The notes below the pieces were generated by a model. It did no database searches. It saw nothing but the letters and a program-made list of their open reading frames with translations, and was not told where the DNA came from. A stretch of DNA of 64,000 bases from an uncultured Chloroflexia bacterium (GTDB lineage: Bacteria > Chloroflexota > Anaerolineae > Anaerolineales > RBG-16-64-43), in the NCBI GenBank assembly GCA_963712475.1, contig CAVQIA010000011.1, positions 57,321-121,320 on the forward strand, in the 5' to 3' direction. How positions within the stretch are numbered: position 1 is the stretch's first letter; the number at the start of each line of letters is the position of its first letter. The position numbers and the translations under genes are program-made. Shown piece by piece: positions 18,196 to 28,451 of the stretch.

Positions 18196-19583
18196 GTGAG
18201 CAAGCTCGTCATCGGCCCGACCTTCGAGGAAATGCTTCACCCCGATCGCGTGGATGCGGCCACCCGCAAGCGCGCACTGGCGATGCGCAAGAAGGACCCG
18301 CTCGACCCGGTCAACCTCTACAACATCACCTGGCGCGATCCCGAGAACAAGATCATGTTCGAGGTCATCCCGCCTGAGCTGACCGGGGTCGAGGCCCCGA
18401 TCGTCGTCTTGTACGGGCGCGACTTCCCGACCGGCTCGCACAAGGTCGGCGCGGCCTACTCGTGCCTGATCGAGAAGGAGATCTTCGGCGAGGTCGACCC
18501 GGCCGTGCACACGCTGGTGTGGCCCTCCACCGGCAACTACGGCATCGGCGGCGCGTGGGTGGGCTGCCGCATGGGCTTCAACAGCATTGTCGTGCTGCCG
18601 GAGCTCATGAGCAAGGAGCGCTTCGAGCAGATCGAATCCTACGGCGCGCGGGTCATCAAGACTCCCGGCTCGGAATCGAACGTCAAGGAGATCTACGACA
18701 AGACCTGGGAGCTGCGCCGCGACCCGAAGATGCGCGTCCTCAATCAGTTCGAGGAGATGGGCAACTACCGCTTCCACTATTACGTCACCGGCAACACGAT
18801 CGTCGAGCTGGCGGCCGTGCTCAAGAAGCAGCGCATCGGCGTGGGACGCATCGCGGCCTATTGCTCGGCCATGGGCTCGGCCGGCACCATCGCCGCGGGC
18901 GACCGCCTCAAGCAGGTCTGGCCGGAGGCGCACGATCGTCGGGCTCGAGCCGATCCAGTGCCCAACGCTTTACAACAACGGCTACGGCGCGCACGACATC
19001 CAGGGTATCGGCGACAAGCACGTCACCTGGATCCATCACGTGACCGAAATGGATGCCATCGTGTGCCTGGACGACATCGAGTGCAAGAAGGGCCTGCAGA
19101 TGCTCACCGAAGAGGCCGGCTGGAAGGTCATGGCCCGCACGCTGAAGATCCCCTCGGCCAAGATCAAGTCGCTGGCTTCGATCTTCGGCATCTCGGGCGT
19201 GTGCAATGTGCTGGGGGCGATCAAGACGCGCGAAGCACTTCAACTTCGGCGCCGACGACGTCATCGTCACCATTTGCACCGACACCATCGACCGCTATCA
19301 CTCGACGATGAAGGACATGACCCGCACCTACGGGCGGATGGACGAGCGCGAGGCCTATGCCCGACTAGTTTCGATCTTCCACGGCCAGAGCACCGATTGG
19401 ATGAAGGACGGTACGCCCGATATGCGCCGCCAGTGGCACAACCTGAAGTATTACACCTGGGTCGAGCAGCAGGGCAAGACCGTGAAGGAGCTCGACGCAC
19501 AACTCAGCCCTGAATGGTGGACCATGCACCAGTCGCGGGTCAGCGACATCGACAAGCGCATCAAGGAGACGCGTGGAAGCTAG
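18196..19583 (+). CDS. Fold-type II PLP-dependent enzyme (cysteine synthase/threonine dehydratase superfamily); frameshifts near 18930 and 19230
   Basis: TGSHKVG Schiff-base Lys, PSTGNYG, GSAGT, GISGVCN, ICTD; spread over three frames. Confidence 0.85.
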
Positions 19584-19587
19584 CGCC

Positions 19588-20181
19588 ATGTCGCCGGATG
19601 CTCTGGCCGCGGCCAAGAAGGGGCTGCGCGCGCGAGCGCAGACCCGGCGGGATGGGCTCGATGAAGCCCAACGCCTGGCCGCAAGCCAAGCGATCGCGAC
19701 CGCGCTCGAGGCGTTTCCCGCTTTCCGCGCGGCGAAGGTCGTGCTGGGATTCATGGCCATGCGCGGCGAAGTAGACCTGCGCCCGCTCATCGAACGCCAC
19801 CCGGACAAGATGTGGGGCATCCCGCGCATTGTGCGGCTGCCGGGGCCGCACATCGTATTCCGCGCCTATGACTCGCGGCAGCTCGAGGTGCACCCATACG
19901 GAATGCTCGAGCCGCGAGAGAGCCAGCCGCGCATCGAACCCGAGTCCGTGGACCTGGTGCTCGTCCCGGGAATGGCTTTTTCGATCGAGGGCCACCGGCT
20001 TGGGTACGGTGGCGGGTACTACGATCGCTTCTTGCCGCTGGCCGAGCGGGCGACCCGCGTGGGTGTCGCCTATCGTGCGCAGCTCGTCGACTCCATCCCG
20101 CATCACGCGGCCGACCAGAAGGTCCAGTACCTGGCGACAGAAGTCGGTATCTGGACGTGTGCGTTGGCCCTCAAGGAATAG
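19588..20181 (+). CDS. 5-formyltetrahydrofolate cyclo-ligase
   Basis: GMLEP, DLVLVPG, GHRLGYGGGYYDRFL. Confidence 0.95.
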   Translation: MSPDALAAAKKGLRARAQTRRDGLDEAQRLAASQAIATALEAFPAFRAAKVVLGFMAMRGEVDLRPLIERHPDKMWGIPRIVRLPGPHIVFRAYDSRQLEVHPYGMLEPRESQPRIEPESVDLVLVPGMAFSIEGHRLGYGGGYYDRFLPLAERATRVGVAYRAQLVDSIPHHAADQKVQYLATEVGIWTCALALKE

Positions 20182-20370
20182 CGGCCATCTCGTTGGCCCG
20201 AGGGGTCTCACTGCGCAAAGCGATGGAACGATGGGTGACACGGGCTGTCGCCTTGCCGCGCAGACGGATCAGGGGAGGGGGATGCCGGAGGAGCAACACC
20301 GGAGCACAATGATCATGCCCTCGTGATGAGGGCAAGTACTTGAGGCCGCGCACAGCAAAGGGGGACTGCG

Positions 20371-21075
20371 ATGGTCGAGGATACGGATATCGTTCTGGTT
20401 GCCGTGATGAACAACCCACGCGACCTGGAGGTCGCGCGGGTGTTGGGCTGGTATCGGATCCCGCTGCGTCATGCGCCCAAGATGCCCGACGTCGACTGTC
20501 TGGCCTTCTATCAGACAGGACGATTCGGGGCTGAGCGTTGGGCCATCCACCGCGCGGCCCGCGTGCGCGGACATGAACTCGTGACGCGGGCGGAGCTCTT
20601 GGGCGAGGAGCAGGACCATCCACGGGCGAACGAGGAGTACTACAAGATGCTCCTCGGCCCGCTCGAGGCTCTACCGCGACCGATCCCCTCGCGCCGCTGG
20701 CGCCGACTCACCTTCCTCTACACCACCGGCGAGCGGTTGCTCGCAGCGCAGGAGATCAACGAGCTGGTCATCCAGACGCGCGAGCGCGAGCTTCTGTGGC
20801 GTGCCCTGCGCGAGCGAGGGCTGCACGCGGAGCGCGAGTACCATGCGCCGCGCGGGGCGGAGATCGATCTCGCGTTCTTGTGCACAAGGGGTAACCTGGG
20901 CGTCCTGGTCGACGGCCTGCGCGGTCGACGGATGCCGGGCAAGGCCTGGCAGCAACTGCATCTGACGAGCGCAGAGATCGATCGCGACCTGCCGGGTTGC
21001 GTGGAGAAGGTCGAGAATGAGGTGAACAGCCTGGGCGGGGTGATGCCACCGGCCGGGGCGGGGTCTCCCGGGTAG
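20371..21075 (+). CDS. Hypothetical protein: WYRIP N-terminal domain plus a C-terminal DUF559/endonuclease-like domain
   Basis: GWYRIP...AFYQT; ERELLWRAL...REY...IDLAF...GVLVDG. Confidence 0.7.
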   Translation: MVEDTDIVLVAVMNNPRDLEVARVLGWYRIPLRHAPKMPDVDCLAFYQTGRFGAERWAIHRAARVRGHELVTRAELLGEEQDHPRANEEYYKMLLGPLEALPRPIPSRRWRRLTFLYTTGERLLAAQEINELVIQTRERELLWRALRERGLHAEREYHAPRGAEIDLAFLCTRGNLGVLVDGLRGRRMPGKAWQQLHLTSAEIDRDLPGCVEKVENEVNSLGGVMPPAGAGSPG

Positions 21076-21104
21076 AATGTGACTTCGCACGACATGAGGG
21101 CGAA

Positions 21105-22523
21105 ATGGGACGCCTGATCATTCGCAACGGAACGGTGCTCACTGCCAGCGACACGATGGCAGCCGATCTGCTCATCGATGGCGAGCGCATCGCGGCCATC
21201 GGCCAGGGGCTGCCGGCCGCAGATGCGCGCGAGATCGATGCCACGGGGATGTTGCTCATGCCCGGAGGGATCGACCCGCACACTCATTTCGACCTGCCGA
21301 TGTTCGGCACGGTCTCCTCGGATGATCACTACACCGGGCACAAAGCCGCGGCCTTCGGTGGAACGACGACTGTCATGGATTTCGTCCCACAGGACCCCGG
21401 CCAATCGCTGCTGGCGGCGCTCGAGGGTTGGCAGCGAAAGGCAGCCAAGGCGGCGATCGATTTCTCGTTTCATTCGAACGTGAGCTGGGTGGGCGATGAG
21501 ACGCTCGCGGAACTGCCCAAGCTGGCGAGCGCCGGGGTCACAAGCATCAAGATGTTCACCGCCTACAACAAGCGCATGCGGCTGCAGGACGGGCAGATCT
21601 TCGTGGTCATGCGAGCCTGTGCCGAACACGGGCTGCTGCCCATGCTGCATGCCGAGAACGGCGACGTGATCGACATCATGGTGGGCGAAGCGCTCGCGGC
21701 CGGCCGGCTCTCTCCCGAGTGGCACGCCTTCACGCGCCCCGCTTGGGGCGAGGCCGAGGCCACCTACCGCGGCATCGCGCTGGCGGCCACGGCCGGCGCG
21801 CCGTTGTACGTGGTCCACATGACCTGCCTCGGCGCGTTGGAAGCGGTGTGCCGCGCGCGCGAGCAGGAACTGCCGGTGATGGGTGAGACCTGCCCGCAAT
21901 ACCTGTTCTTCACGACGGACGATTTGCGCAAACCCGACGGCGCCAAATGGGTCTGCTCGCCGCCGGTGCGCACGCCCGAGGACAACGCGGCACTCTGGCG
22001 CGGCCTCGAACTGGGTTGGCTGCAGGTCGTCGGCACCGATCACTGCGCCTTCTTCTTCGACGGGTCGCGTCCCATCCAGTACGAGGGCACGCCGATTGCG
22101 ATCCCCGGCAAAGAACTTGGCCGAGGCGATTTCACCAAGATACCCAACGGGCTGCCAGGCGTCGAGGACCGCATGCAGATCCTGTGGACCTACGGCGTGG
22201 GTCAGGGCCGCATCACACCTCATCAGTTTGTGGCGCTCACCTCCACCAACGCGGCCAAGGCCTTCGGGCTGTATCCACAAAAGGGAACCCTCGCTCCGGG
22301 CGCGGATGCCGACATCGTCATCTGGAACCCGACGCTGCGCCGCACGGTGAGTGCGGCACGCTGGCACCAACGAACCGACTACAACTTGTACGAAGGTTGG
22401 CAACTCACCGGCGCGCCCGAAAAGGTCTTCCTGCGCGGGCGCCTGATCGTCGACGGCGACACGTGGTTGGGCGCCTCCGGTCAGGGGCGGTTCTTGCCTC
22501 GGCGCAGCGGCACCCTCGTCTAA
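21105..22523 (+). CDS. hydA: Dihydropyrimidinase / D-hydantoinase
   Basis: PGGIDPHTH, GGTTTVMDF, LHAENGD, ETCPQYL, CSPP, GTDHC, IPNGLPGVE. Confidence 0.95.
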   Translation: MGRLIIRNGTVLTASDTMAADLLIDGERIAAIGQGLPAADAREIDATGMLLMPGGIDPHTHFDLPMFGTVSSDDHYTGHKAAAFGGTTTVMDFVPQDPGQSLLAALEGWQRKAAKAAIDFSFHSNVSWVGDETLAELPKLASAGVTSIKMFTAYNKRMRLQDGQIFVVMRACAEHGLLPMLHAENGDVIDIMVGEALAAGRLSPEWHAFTRPAWGEAEATYRGIALAATAGAPLYVVHMTCLGALEAVCRAREQELPVMGETCPQYLFFTTDDLRKPDGAKWVCSPPVRTPEDNAALWRGLELGWLQVVGTDHCAFFFDGSRPIQYEGTPIAIPGKELGRGDFTKIPNGLPGVEDRMQILWTYGVGQGRITPHQFVALTSTNAAKAFGLYPQKGTLAPGADADIVIWNPTLRRTVSAARWHQRTDYNLYEGWQLTGAPEKVFLRGRLIVDGDTWLGASGQGRFLPRRSGTLV

Positions 22524-22882
22524 GTCGCGAGGCTGCCCTTCGCAGTTCGTTCCCCCATTCTTCTTTGGAATCCACGCCTTACGGTGCCGGCCCGGCGCCG
22601 CGTGCCCGACTGCGTTGGGACCAATCCACTCACGGAAAACGTTGCGCGCATGCGCCGAGTGTAGGCGTGAGCGGATCATCGAGGATCGCCTGCGACCTAA
22701 TTGCCCCGCGATTCCCTTGAAAACCAGGTTTCTTGCGAGGCTGCGTGCCGGTAGGGGATGCCCCGCGGACCAAAGGTGAAACGACCATTGCAAAGTGGAC
22801 AAAAATGGTATACTTTCGTCTCCAGGGGGACGGAAGAGGCACGACCACCTGCCAGTGACATTCAAGAGCTAATGGAGGACGC

Positions 22883-24096
22883 ATGCGGCACACAACCAAC
22901 AAGGCAGTTTTGGTCTTTTCGCTCATTGTTATGCTCAGCATGGCGTGCAGTCTGGGATCGGGTCTCACCTCGGGGGCAATTCGATAATAAATGCGACGGA
23001 AGCGCCCGCGGATGTGGCGCCGGCAGCCTCGAACACGCCGCCGCCGACCGAGCCGCCGACCGCGGTGCCCCCGACTCCCACGATCGAGGTGGTGCACGTG
23101 GCTACGCCGGGTACACCCGGCGGCGCAGATCGCTACATGGAAGACTACGATTCGTCGCCGACGGCGGCCGAGCATCGCACCGGCGGCGGGGATGACTATC
23201 CGGTCAACAAATTCGAGCGCCCGTTCACGACCCAACAGATGGACTACCTGGCGGCGATCGACCTCAAGCGCGGCGAAGTGGATGCCGACCCGACCTGGTA
23301 CTACTTCACCTTGTTCCTCAAGGGCGAGGCCAACACAGCGAGCGCCGACACGCGCTACGCAGTAGAGATCGATACCGATTTGGACGGGCGGGGGGACGTG
23401 CTTATTCAGGCGCTGGCCCCGCTCGGCGCCGACTGGACCTCACAGGGTGTGCGCGTCTACGACGACAGCGACAACACGGTGGGCGGCGTAACCCCGGTGC
23501 TGGCGGATGAGGCCAAGGTCACAACGACCGGCTACGAGGAGGTCCTCTACGACCAGGGGATCGGCGACGATCCAGACACGGGCTTCGCGCGCGTCTCGCC
23601 TAAGGCGGCGACCGAAGTCGAGTTCGCCCTCAAGCGTAGCTGGCTGAACGACCAGGGCGGCTTCTTGTGGTCGGTCTGGGCGGCGCAAGACCAGCTCGGC
23701 CCGGCCTACTACGACTACAACGACAACTTCAGCCTGACCGAGGCCGGCTCACCCTTGAGCGGTGCCGATTACCCGCTGAAGGCGGTGGCCGCGGTCGACA
23801 GCACATGCCGCATGTCGTTCGGGTTCTCGCCCACCGGCAGCGAGAAGGGCCTGTGCATCATCCCTGGGCGCGTGCGCAACTGCACCCCGCACCCGATCCT
23901 GATGAAGCCCGGCGATAAGGAACTGGCGCCGTACTTCGAGGCCTCGGGTTCGATCTTGAACAACGTGACGCCGGGTGTGTACAAGTTCTACGACATGAGC
24001 GTGCAGTACACGCTGGTGCTCACTGCCACCCTGCGGCCGGGGGGCCAGATCGACATCACCAAGACCGGGCTGGGGAATTCGTACCCCTGCAAGTAG
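22883..24096 (+). CDS. Lipoprotein with Pro/Thr linker and an acidic beta-rich domain (frameshift near 22972)
   Basis: GGAGG then MRHTTNKAVLVFSLIVMLSMAC lipobox-like leader; continues in ORF 22945..24096 (DTDLDGRGD). Confidence 0.75.
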
Positions 24097-24130
24097 CCTG
24101 GTCCTAATCGTGGGGGAATCAGATGCCGCA

Positions 24131-24163
24131 CGCCGCCGCCCCCGATGTTTGGGGGCGGTGGCG
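24131..24163 (+). terminator. GC hairpin downstream of the lipoprotein gene
   Basis: CGCCGCCGCCCCC-GATGTTT-GGGGGCGGTGGCG. Confidence 0.5.
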
Positions 24164-24383
24164 ACCGTGTATCGCTGTCCGATTCGATTTGCATTTCGAA
24201 TTGGTTGAGGTGGATGGAAGCTCAAGGCAGGCCTTGTCGCTGCCAGCCAAGAGGACTGAGTAACTCGCACCTTAAGCAGGATGTCAACCTTGGGCTGGAG
24301 GCTGTTTGTCGTTCAAGAAGCGTACATGGTCTTGCGATCTCTTCCTGCGAGGAAGATATGGGTGACAGATCGGGAGGTTCTCA

Positions 24384-25680
24384 ATGGAATACCGTGAGTT
24401 CGGCAGAACCGGGTGGAAGGTGTCGGGGATTGGAACCGGCACCTGGGCGATGGGGGAAGCGCATGGGGTCCAGTCTGATGGATCATCAATCCCTTGCGGC
24501 GCTGAACGGGCAGTGGATCTCGGGGTGACTTCTTCGACACGGCGGACGCGATAGCCGCGGCAGCGAGCCTCGTCGTGGGGCAGCTGACGCCGGGACAGCT
24601 GCGCCATGGGTCGTCAACATTGGGCAGGCAGGCTTCCGGGATGGGATGAACGCCGACCCTCGGTGATCGGCTGAACCGATTCGCGGCAGTAAAGCATCAC
24701 GAGGGCATGTTGAGGGCAAGTCTCAGTGCGTCGAACCTCGGCGTCGGATGTGATCGAGCTTGCTTCAAGTGCGCCAATACTCTGCCCTCGCTATTGCCAG
24801 GGTGCTGCAACCACGAGGTGGCCGGAATCCTCGATGATCTCGTCAAAGAGGGTAAGAATGGATTCGGCATGGCGCCAGCGTTGAGCGGCTCAAGGAAGAC
24901 GCCTTGGATTTGCGCGTCGCATGATGGCGTGGAAGGCTGCCGCAGAAGATCTACGTGAGAATATTGGAGGAACGATGTACATGCTGAGAATCGAACACCC
25001 GGTCGCCGATTTCGCCGGCTGGAAGAAGCTCTTCGACGGTGATCCGGTCGGGCGCAAGAAGTCCGGCGAGCGCAGTTCCCAGAACCTGCGCGGAGACGCA
25101 TCCAAATTGTCTATCAACATCGGTTCACGGCAAGCCAATCGAGGACTTGCTGGCCGCGATGCGCGAGGCGTGGGGCGTGTTCAAGGGACGGTCATGTCGG
25201 ACCCCAAGGTGCGCATCGTGGAGGCCGTGGAGACGACCGCGCTCTGAGGTGCCCCGTCCTCGACGGCCATGCGGCGGCTTGGCGTCTCGCCAGGCTGCGG
25301 GGATGGCGTCGGCCGGGCAACAGGCGAGTGGCGGGCCAAACGAAATTCGCCAGAGATGTGCCCCACCGCAGTTTCAATCGTGATGGAACCGCGTTCGACC
25401 GCGGAGAGACTTTCGGGGGAGTGGACTTCGAAGTGGGGTTAGCCGCGGTGGATGAGCTGCGGCCCCTCGTCCCGCAGGGTTGGAGCATGGCGCAGATGGC
25501 CTTGCGCTGGATTTCATGTTCGACGCCGTAGGGTGCACCATCCCCGGAGCCAAGGGCCCTGCGCAAGTGGAGGACAACGTCCGAGCTGCGAGCTTGCCGC
25601 CCCTCACTGACAACACAATGGCCGCAGTCCGCACAATTTACGACCGCCGCTTGCGCAAGGAGGTCCATCCCATGTGGTAG
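24384..25680 (+). pseudogene. Aldo/keto reductase, fragmented and interrupted by a duplicate of the downstream gene
   Basis: MEYREFGRTGWKVSGIGTGTWAMG at 24384; FDRGETFGGVDF, MAQMALRWI, TIPGAK...QVEDN C-terminal motifs at 25340-25680. Confidence 0.75.
24966..25320 (+). repeat. Degenerate direct copy of 25712-26082 (small gene plus flank)
   Basis: MYMLRIEHPVADFAGWKKLFDGDPVGRKKSG versus MYILRIEHPVADFDGWKKLFDGDPVGRKKSG; 3' ends also near-identical. Confidence 0.85.
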
Positions 25681-25720
25681 CCCGCGGCAGGCGGGCTTTA
25701 CGAATTCGACTGGAGGGAAA

Positions 25721-26005
25721 GTGTACATTCTGAGAATCGAACACCCGGTCGCCGATTTCGACGGCTGGAAGAAGCTATTCGACGGTGATCCGGTCGGACG
25801 CAAGAAGTCCGGCGTGCGCCGCTACCAGATCATGCGCCCGGTTGACGACCCCAAGTACGTCCTCATCGATCTCGAGTTCGACACGGCCAAGCAGGTGGAG
25901 AGCCTGCTGGCCGCGATGCGCGAGGTGTGGGGGCGTGTTCAAGGGACGGTCATGTCGGACCCCAAGGCGCGCATCGTTGAGGCGGTGGAGACGGTCGCGC
26001 TCTGA
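25721..26005 (+). CDS. Small hypothetical protein, probably dimeric alpha-beta barrel
   Basis: HPVADFDGWKKLFD...DDPKYVLIDLEFD; GGAGG RBS. Confidence 0.75.
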   Translation: MYILRIEHPVADFDGWKKLFDGDPVGRKKSGVRRYQIMRPVDDPKYVLIDLEFDTAKQVESLLAAMREVWGRVQGTVMSDPKARIVEAVETVAL

Positions 26006-26082
26006 GACGCCCCGTCCCCGACCGCCTAGCGGCGGCTGAGGCAATCTGGCCCTGCTGCGTGGGTGCCGTCCGCTGTGGGCAA

Positions 26083-26541
26083 TCAGCGCGCGTAGCGGCC
26101 CATGAGCTGCGTCTGCCCCAGGATGTGCCCTTGCAGCGCCTTCTCGAGATCTGCCGCCGTCGGACCACCGGCGGGCGCGAGTTGGGCGTCGAGCGCGTAA
26201 AGCTTGAAGAAGTAGCGGTGAGTGCCACCCGGAGGGCACGGCCCCGTGTAGCCCGTCTGGCGAGCGCCGTTGACACCTTGCTCTCCCAGGCCTTGCACTT
26301 GCCGCGTGCGCGCCACGGCTTCGGGGAGCGTACGCACTTCGCCTGGGATGTTGAAGAGCACCCAATGGACAAAGGTGCCCATGGGCGCATCCGGGTCGTC
26401 CATGATCAGGGCGAAGCTCTTCACGCTGGCCGGCGGCGCCTGCCACTCCAAAGCCGGCGAGAAGTTATCCCCGTCGCAGGTGAACTTCTTCGGGACGTTG
26501 GTGCCTTCGCTAAAGGCCGGACTGGTTAGTTGGAATGGCAT
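26083..26541 (-). CDS. YbhB/YbcL (PEBP/Raf-kinase-inhibitor-like) protein; a frameshifted lipoprotein leader may extend to about 26750
   Basis: LTSPAF, FTCDG.N.SPAL, DDPDAP..TFVHW, GYTGPCPP.GTHRY.F.LYALD; upstream frame has LAVAAC lipobox. Confidence 0.92.
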   Translation of the reverse strand: MPFQLTSPAFSEGTNVPKKFTCDGDNFSPALEWQAPPASVKSFALIMDDPDAPMGTFVHWVLFNIPGEVRTLPEAVARTRQVQGLGEQGVNGARQTGYTGPCPPGGTHRYFFKLYALDAQLAPAGGPTAADLEKALQGHILGQTQLMGRYAR

Positions 26542-26810
26542 GGCGATGCCTCCTTCTTGCGCGAGACTCAGAGTTCGCGGCATCTTGGATGCCGCTCGCA
26601 GCGAGTGTGGAGACTGCCTTCGCCGCCGGTGCGGGGGCGCCGCACGCCGCTACGGCGAGCGCGATCAGCACAATTGTGACCACGTGCAAATCACTCGCGG
26701 CGCGCGAGTGCGTTCTCACAAGACCCAATAAGGTTGCCGATCGACCCATCGTCTTCCTAATTCCGTCGCGGGTGGGGACTCCCCTGGGGCTTAGGCCATT
26801 CTGAACTTGG

Positions 26811-27311
26811 CTAACCCTCGCTCTTGCGTGTAATACCCTGGACGAGGCGCGCATGGGTGAGCGCCAGGAGATCCTTCGGCGCCAGGCCGACGCTCGCGCC
26901 GCGCTCGCCCGCGCTCACGTAGACCTGCGTCTGCTCGTTCGCCTGAGAGGCGACGACCATATCATAGCCGCGGTTGACCAACGCGAGTGGCGAAATCGCA
27001 CCCACTTTGAAGTTCGTTGCCTGTTCGGCTTCGGCCTGCGTGGCCATCCGCAAACTCGAATCCTCCAGCGCGCCGCGGAGCGCCTTGAGATCGAGCTCGC
27101 AGTCACCGGGAATGACCGCCAGCACGGGACGGCCCTTGCCGAGGCGCAACAGGACCAGGGTCTTGTAAACCTGATGCGGCGGCAGCCCGGCGCGCTGCGC
27201 CAACTCGACCGCGCCCATCTTTTCTTCGGTTGGGATGTGGACGAGCTGATAGCGAACATGCCGGGCGTCGAGCAGGCGAAGGACGTTATTGCGGAGTGGC
27301 GTGGCGGGCAT
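26811..27311 (-). CDS. ybaK: YbaK/EbsC-family aminoacyl-tRNA deacylase
   Basis: NNVLRLLD, QVYKTLV, ELDLKAL, VGAISPL, VSAGERG. Confidence 0.88.
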   Translation of the reverse strand: MPATPLRNNVLRLLDARHVRYQLVHIPTEEKMGAVELAQRAGLPPHQVYKTLVLLRLGKGRPVLAVIPGDCELDLKALRGALEDSSLRMATQAEAEQATNFKVGAISPLALVNRGYDMVVASQANEQTQVYVSAGERGASVGLAPKDLLALTHARLVQGITRKSEG

Positions 27312-27370
27312 GTGGGTTGGGGCGCCGGGCATGGCCTCCCGGCGCGGTGTACGGAGGAAGCGGCGCGCGC

Positions 27371-27769
27371 CTAGTAGTACAGACCCCAATCGGCGGCGGC
27401 CTCTTCGTCCATCATCGAGGGGTTCCACACCTCTGCGCCCAGTTCGACGTGCACCGGCAGACTCAGCGCCTCTTCGGCCTTGCGGCGCGTGGCGTCGATC
27501 ATGGCCGGGGCATACGGGCAGAAGGGGGTGGTGAGGATCATGCGCACCTGCGCGCGATCCGATTGGACTTCCACCTCGCGGATCAACCCGAGCTGAATGA
27601 TATTGAGCCCGATCTCAGGATCAACGACTTCCGCCCACATCTCGCGCAGCTTGGCCGCCTGATCTGGATGCGTGCCGTCGGCGGACCAAGTGATCTTGGG
27701 CGGCTTCGCACTCGCGGCAGAATCCGGGGCCGGGGCGGTCGGTGGAGGGGAAACAGGTCGGTCAGACAT
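27371..27769 (-). CDS. sufT: DUF59 Fe-S assembly factor (SufT)
   Basis: VVDPEIGLNIIQLGLI...LTTPFCP...WNPSMM. Confidence 0.9.
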   Translation of the reverse strand: MSDRPVSPPPTAPAPDSAASAKPPKITWSADGTHPDQAAKLREMWAEVVDPEIGLNIIQLGLIREVEVQSDRAQVRMILTTPFCPYAPAMIDATRRKAEEALSLPVHVELGAEVWNPSMMDEEAAADWGLYY

Positions 27770-27782
27770 AGGCACCTTGTGG

Positions 27783-28442
27783 TCAGGCCAAGCTCGCCGG
27801 GGCGGGGGCCGGGGTGGGCATATGCACACTGAACGTGCAGTTGCGGTCGCCAGACAGAATGCACGACTGGCGGTGGACACTTGCGTCCAGCGCCTGCGAA
27901 ATGATCTCCGCGTCGATGGTGCAGACCTCGGGATGGCGCAGGCTGATGCGATAGTACGGGCAATTCAGTTCGGTCACGCGATAGTCGCCCTGCTTATCGA
28001 CCTCGGCCCGCGCTTCGAAACCTTGGTCCGAAAGCAGCTGCAGCAGCCGGTCGACGCGCTGCGCCATGGGCAGCCCCTCGATCTGGGCCGACATCTCCGA
28101 GGCCATGTTGGCGGCCATGTCGCGGAAAAGCTGCTCGACGACCTCCTGAGGCAGCCGTCCCTTGATTTCGGAGAGCAGGCGGTTGGTGAGCGCCAGGTAT
28201 TTGGTGGGGAAGCGCTCAAGACCGGCCTCGGTCAGGCTGTAAAGTAAGCGGGGGCGACCCACCCCACGGCGTTCCGGAATCGCCGTGACAAAGCCCTCCG
28301 CCTGCAGTACCGCCAAGTGGTGGCGGACGGAGATCGGCGAGATCTCGGTGAGGTCGGCCAATTCCGAGACCGAACACTGACCTTTTCGGCGCAGGTTCGC
28401 CAGGATCAGGTCTCGAGTGCTGGTTTCCTTCACGGTTTCCAT
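27783..28442 (-). CDS. sufR: SufR-like Fe-S-binding HTH regulator
   Basis: HTH (VRHHLAVLQAEG...GRPR) and C-terminal NCPY...EVC...SC...NC; divergent from sufC. Confidence 0.85.
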   Translation of the reverse strand: METVKETSTRDLILANLRRKGQCSVSELADLTEISPISVRHHLAVLQAEGFVTAIPERRGVGRPRLLYSLTEAGLERFPTKYLALTNRLLSEIKGRLPQEVVEQLFRDMAANMASEMSAQIEGLPMAQRVDRLLQLLSDQGFEARAEVDKQGDYRVTELNCPYYRISLRHPEVCTIDAEIISQALDASVHRQSCILSGDRNCTFSVHMPTPAPAPASLA

Positions 28443-28451
28443 TTGGCGCGT

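Noticed and set aside
20182-20370. Intergenic hairpins (TGCCCTC-GTGAT-GAGGGCA) as a purine or folate riboswitch
   Set aside because: No recognisable aptamer consensus; short stems are expected at this GC content.
20718-22865. Long antisense ORFs (e.g. 20718..22865, 34683..36725, 57148..58809)
   Set aside because: Shadow frames opposite well-conserved genes in high-GC DNA, with no recognisable domains.
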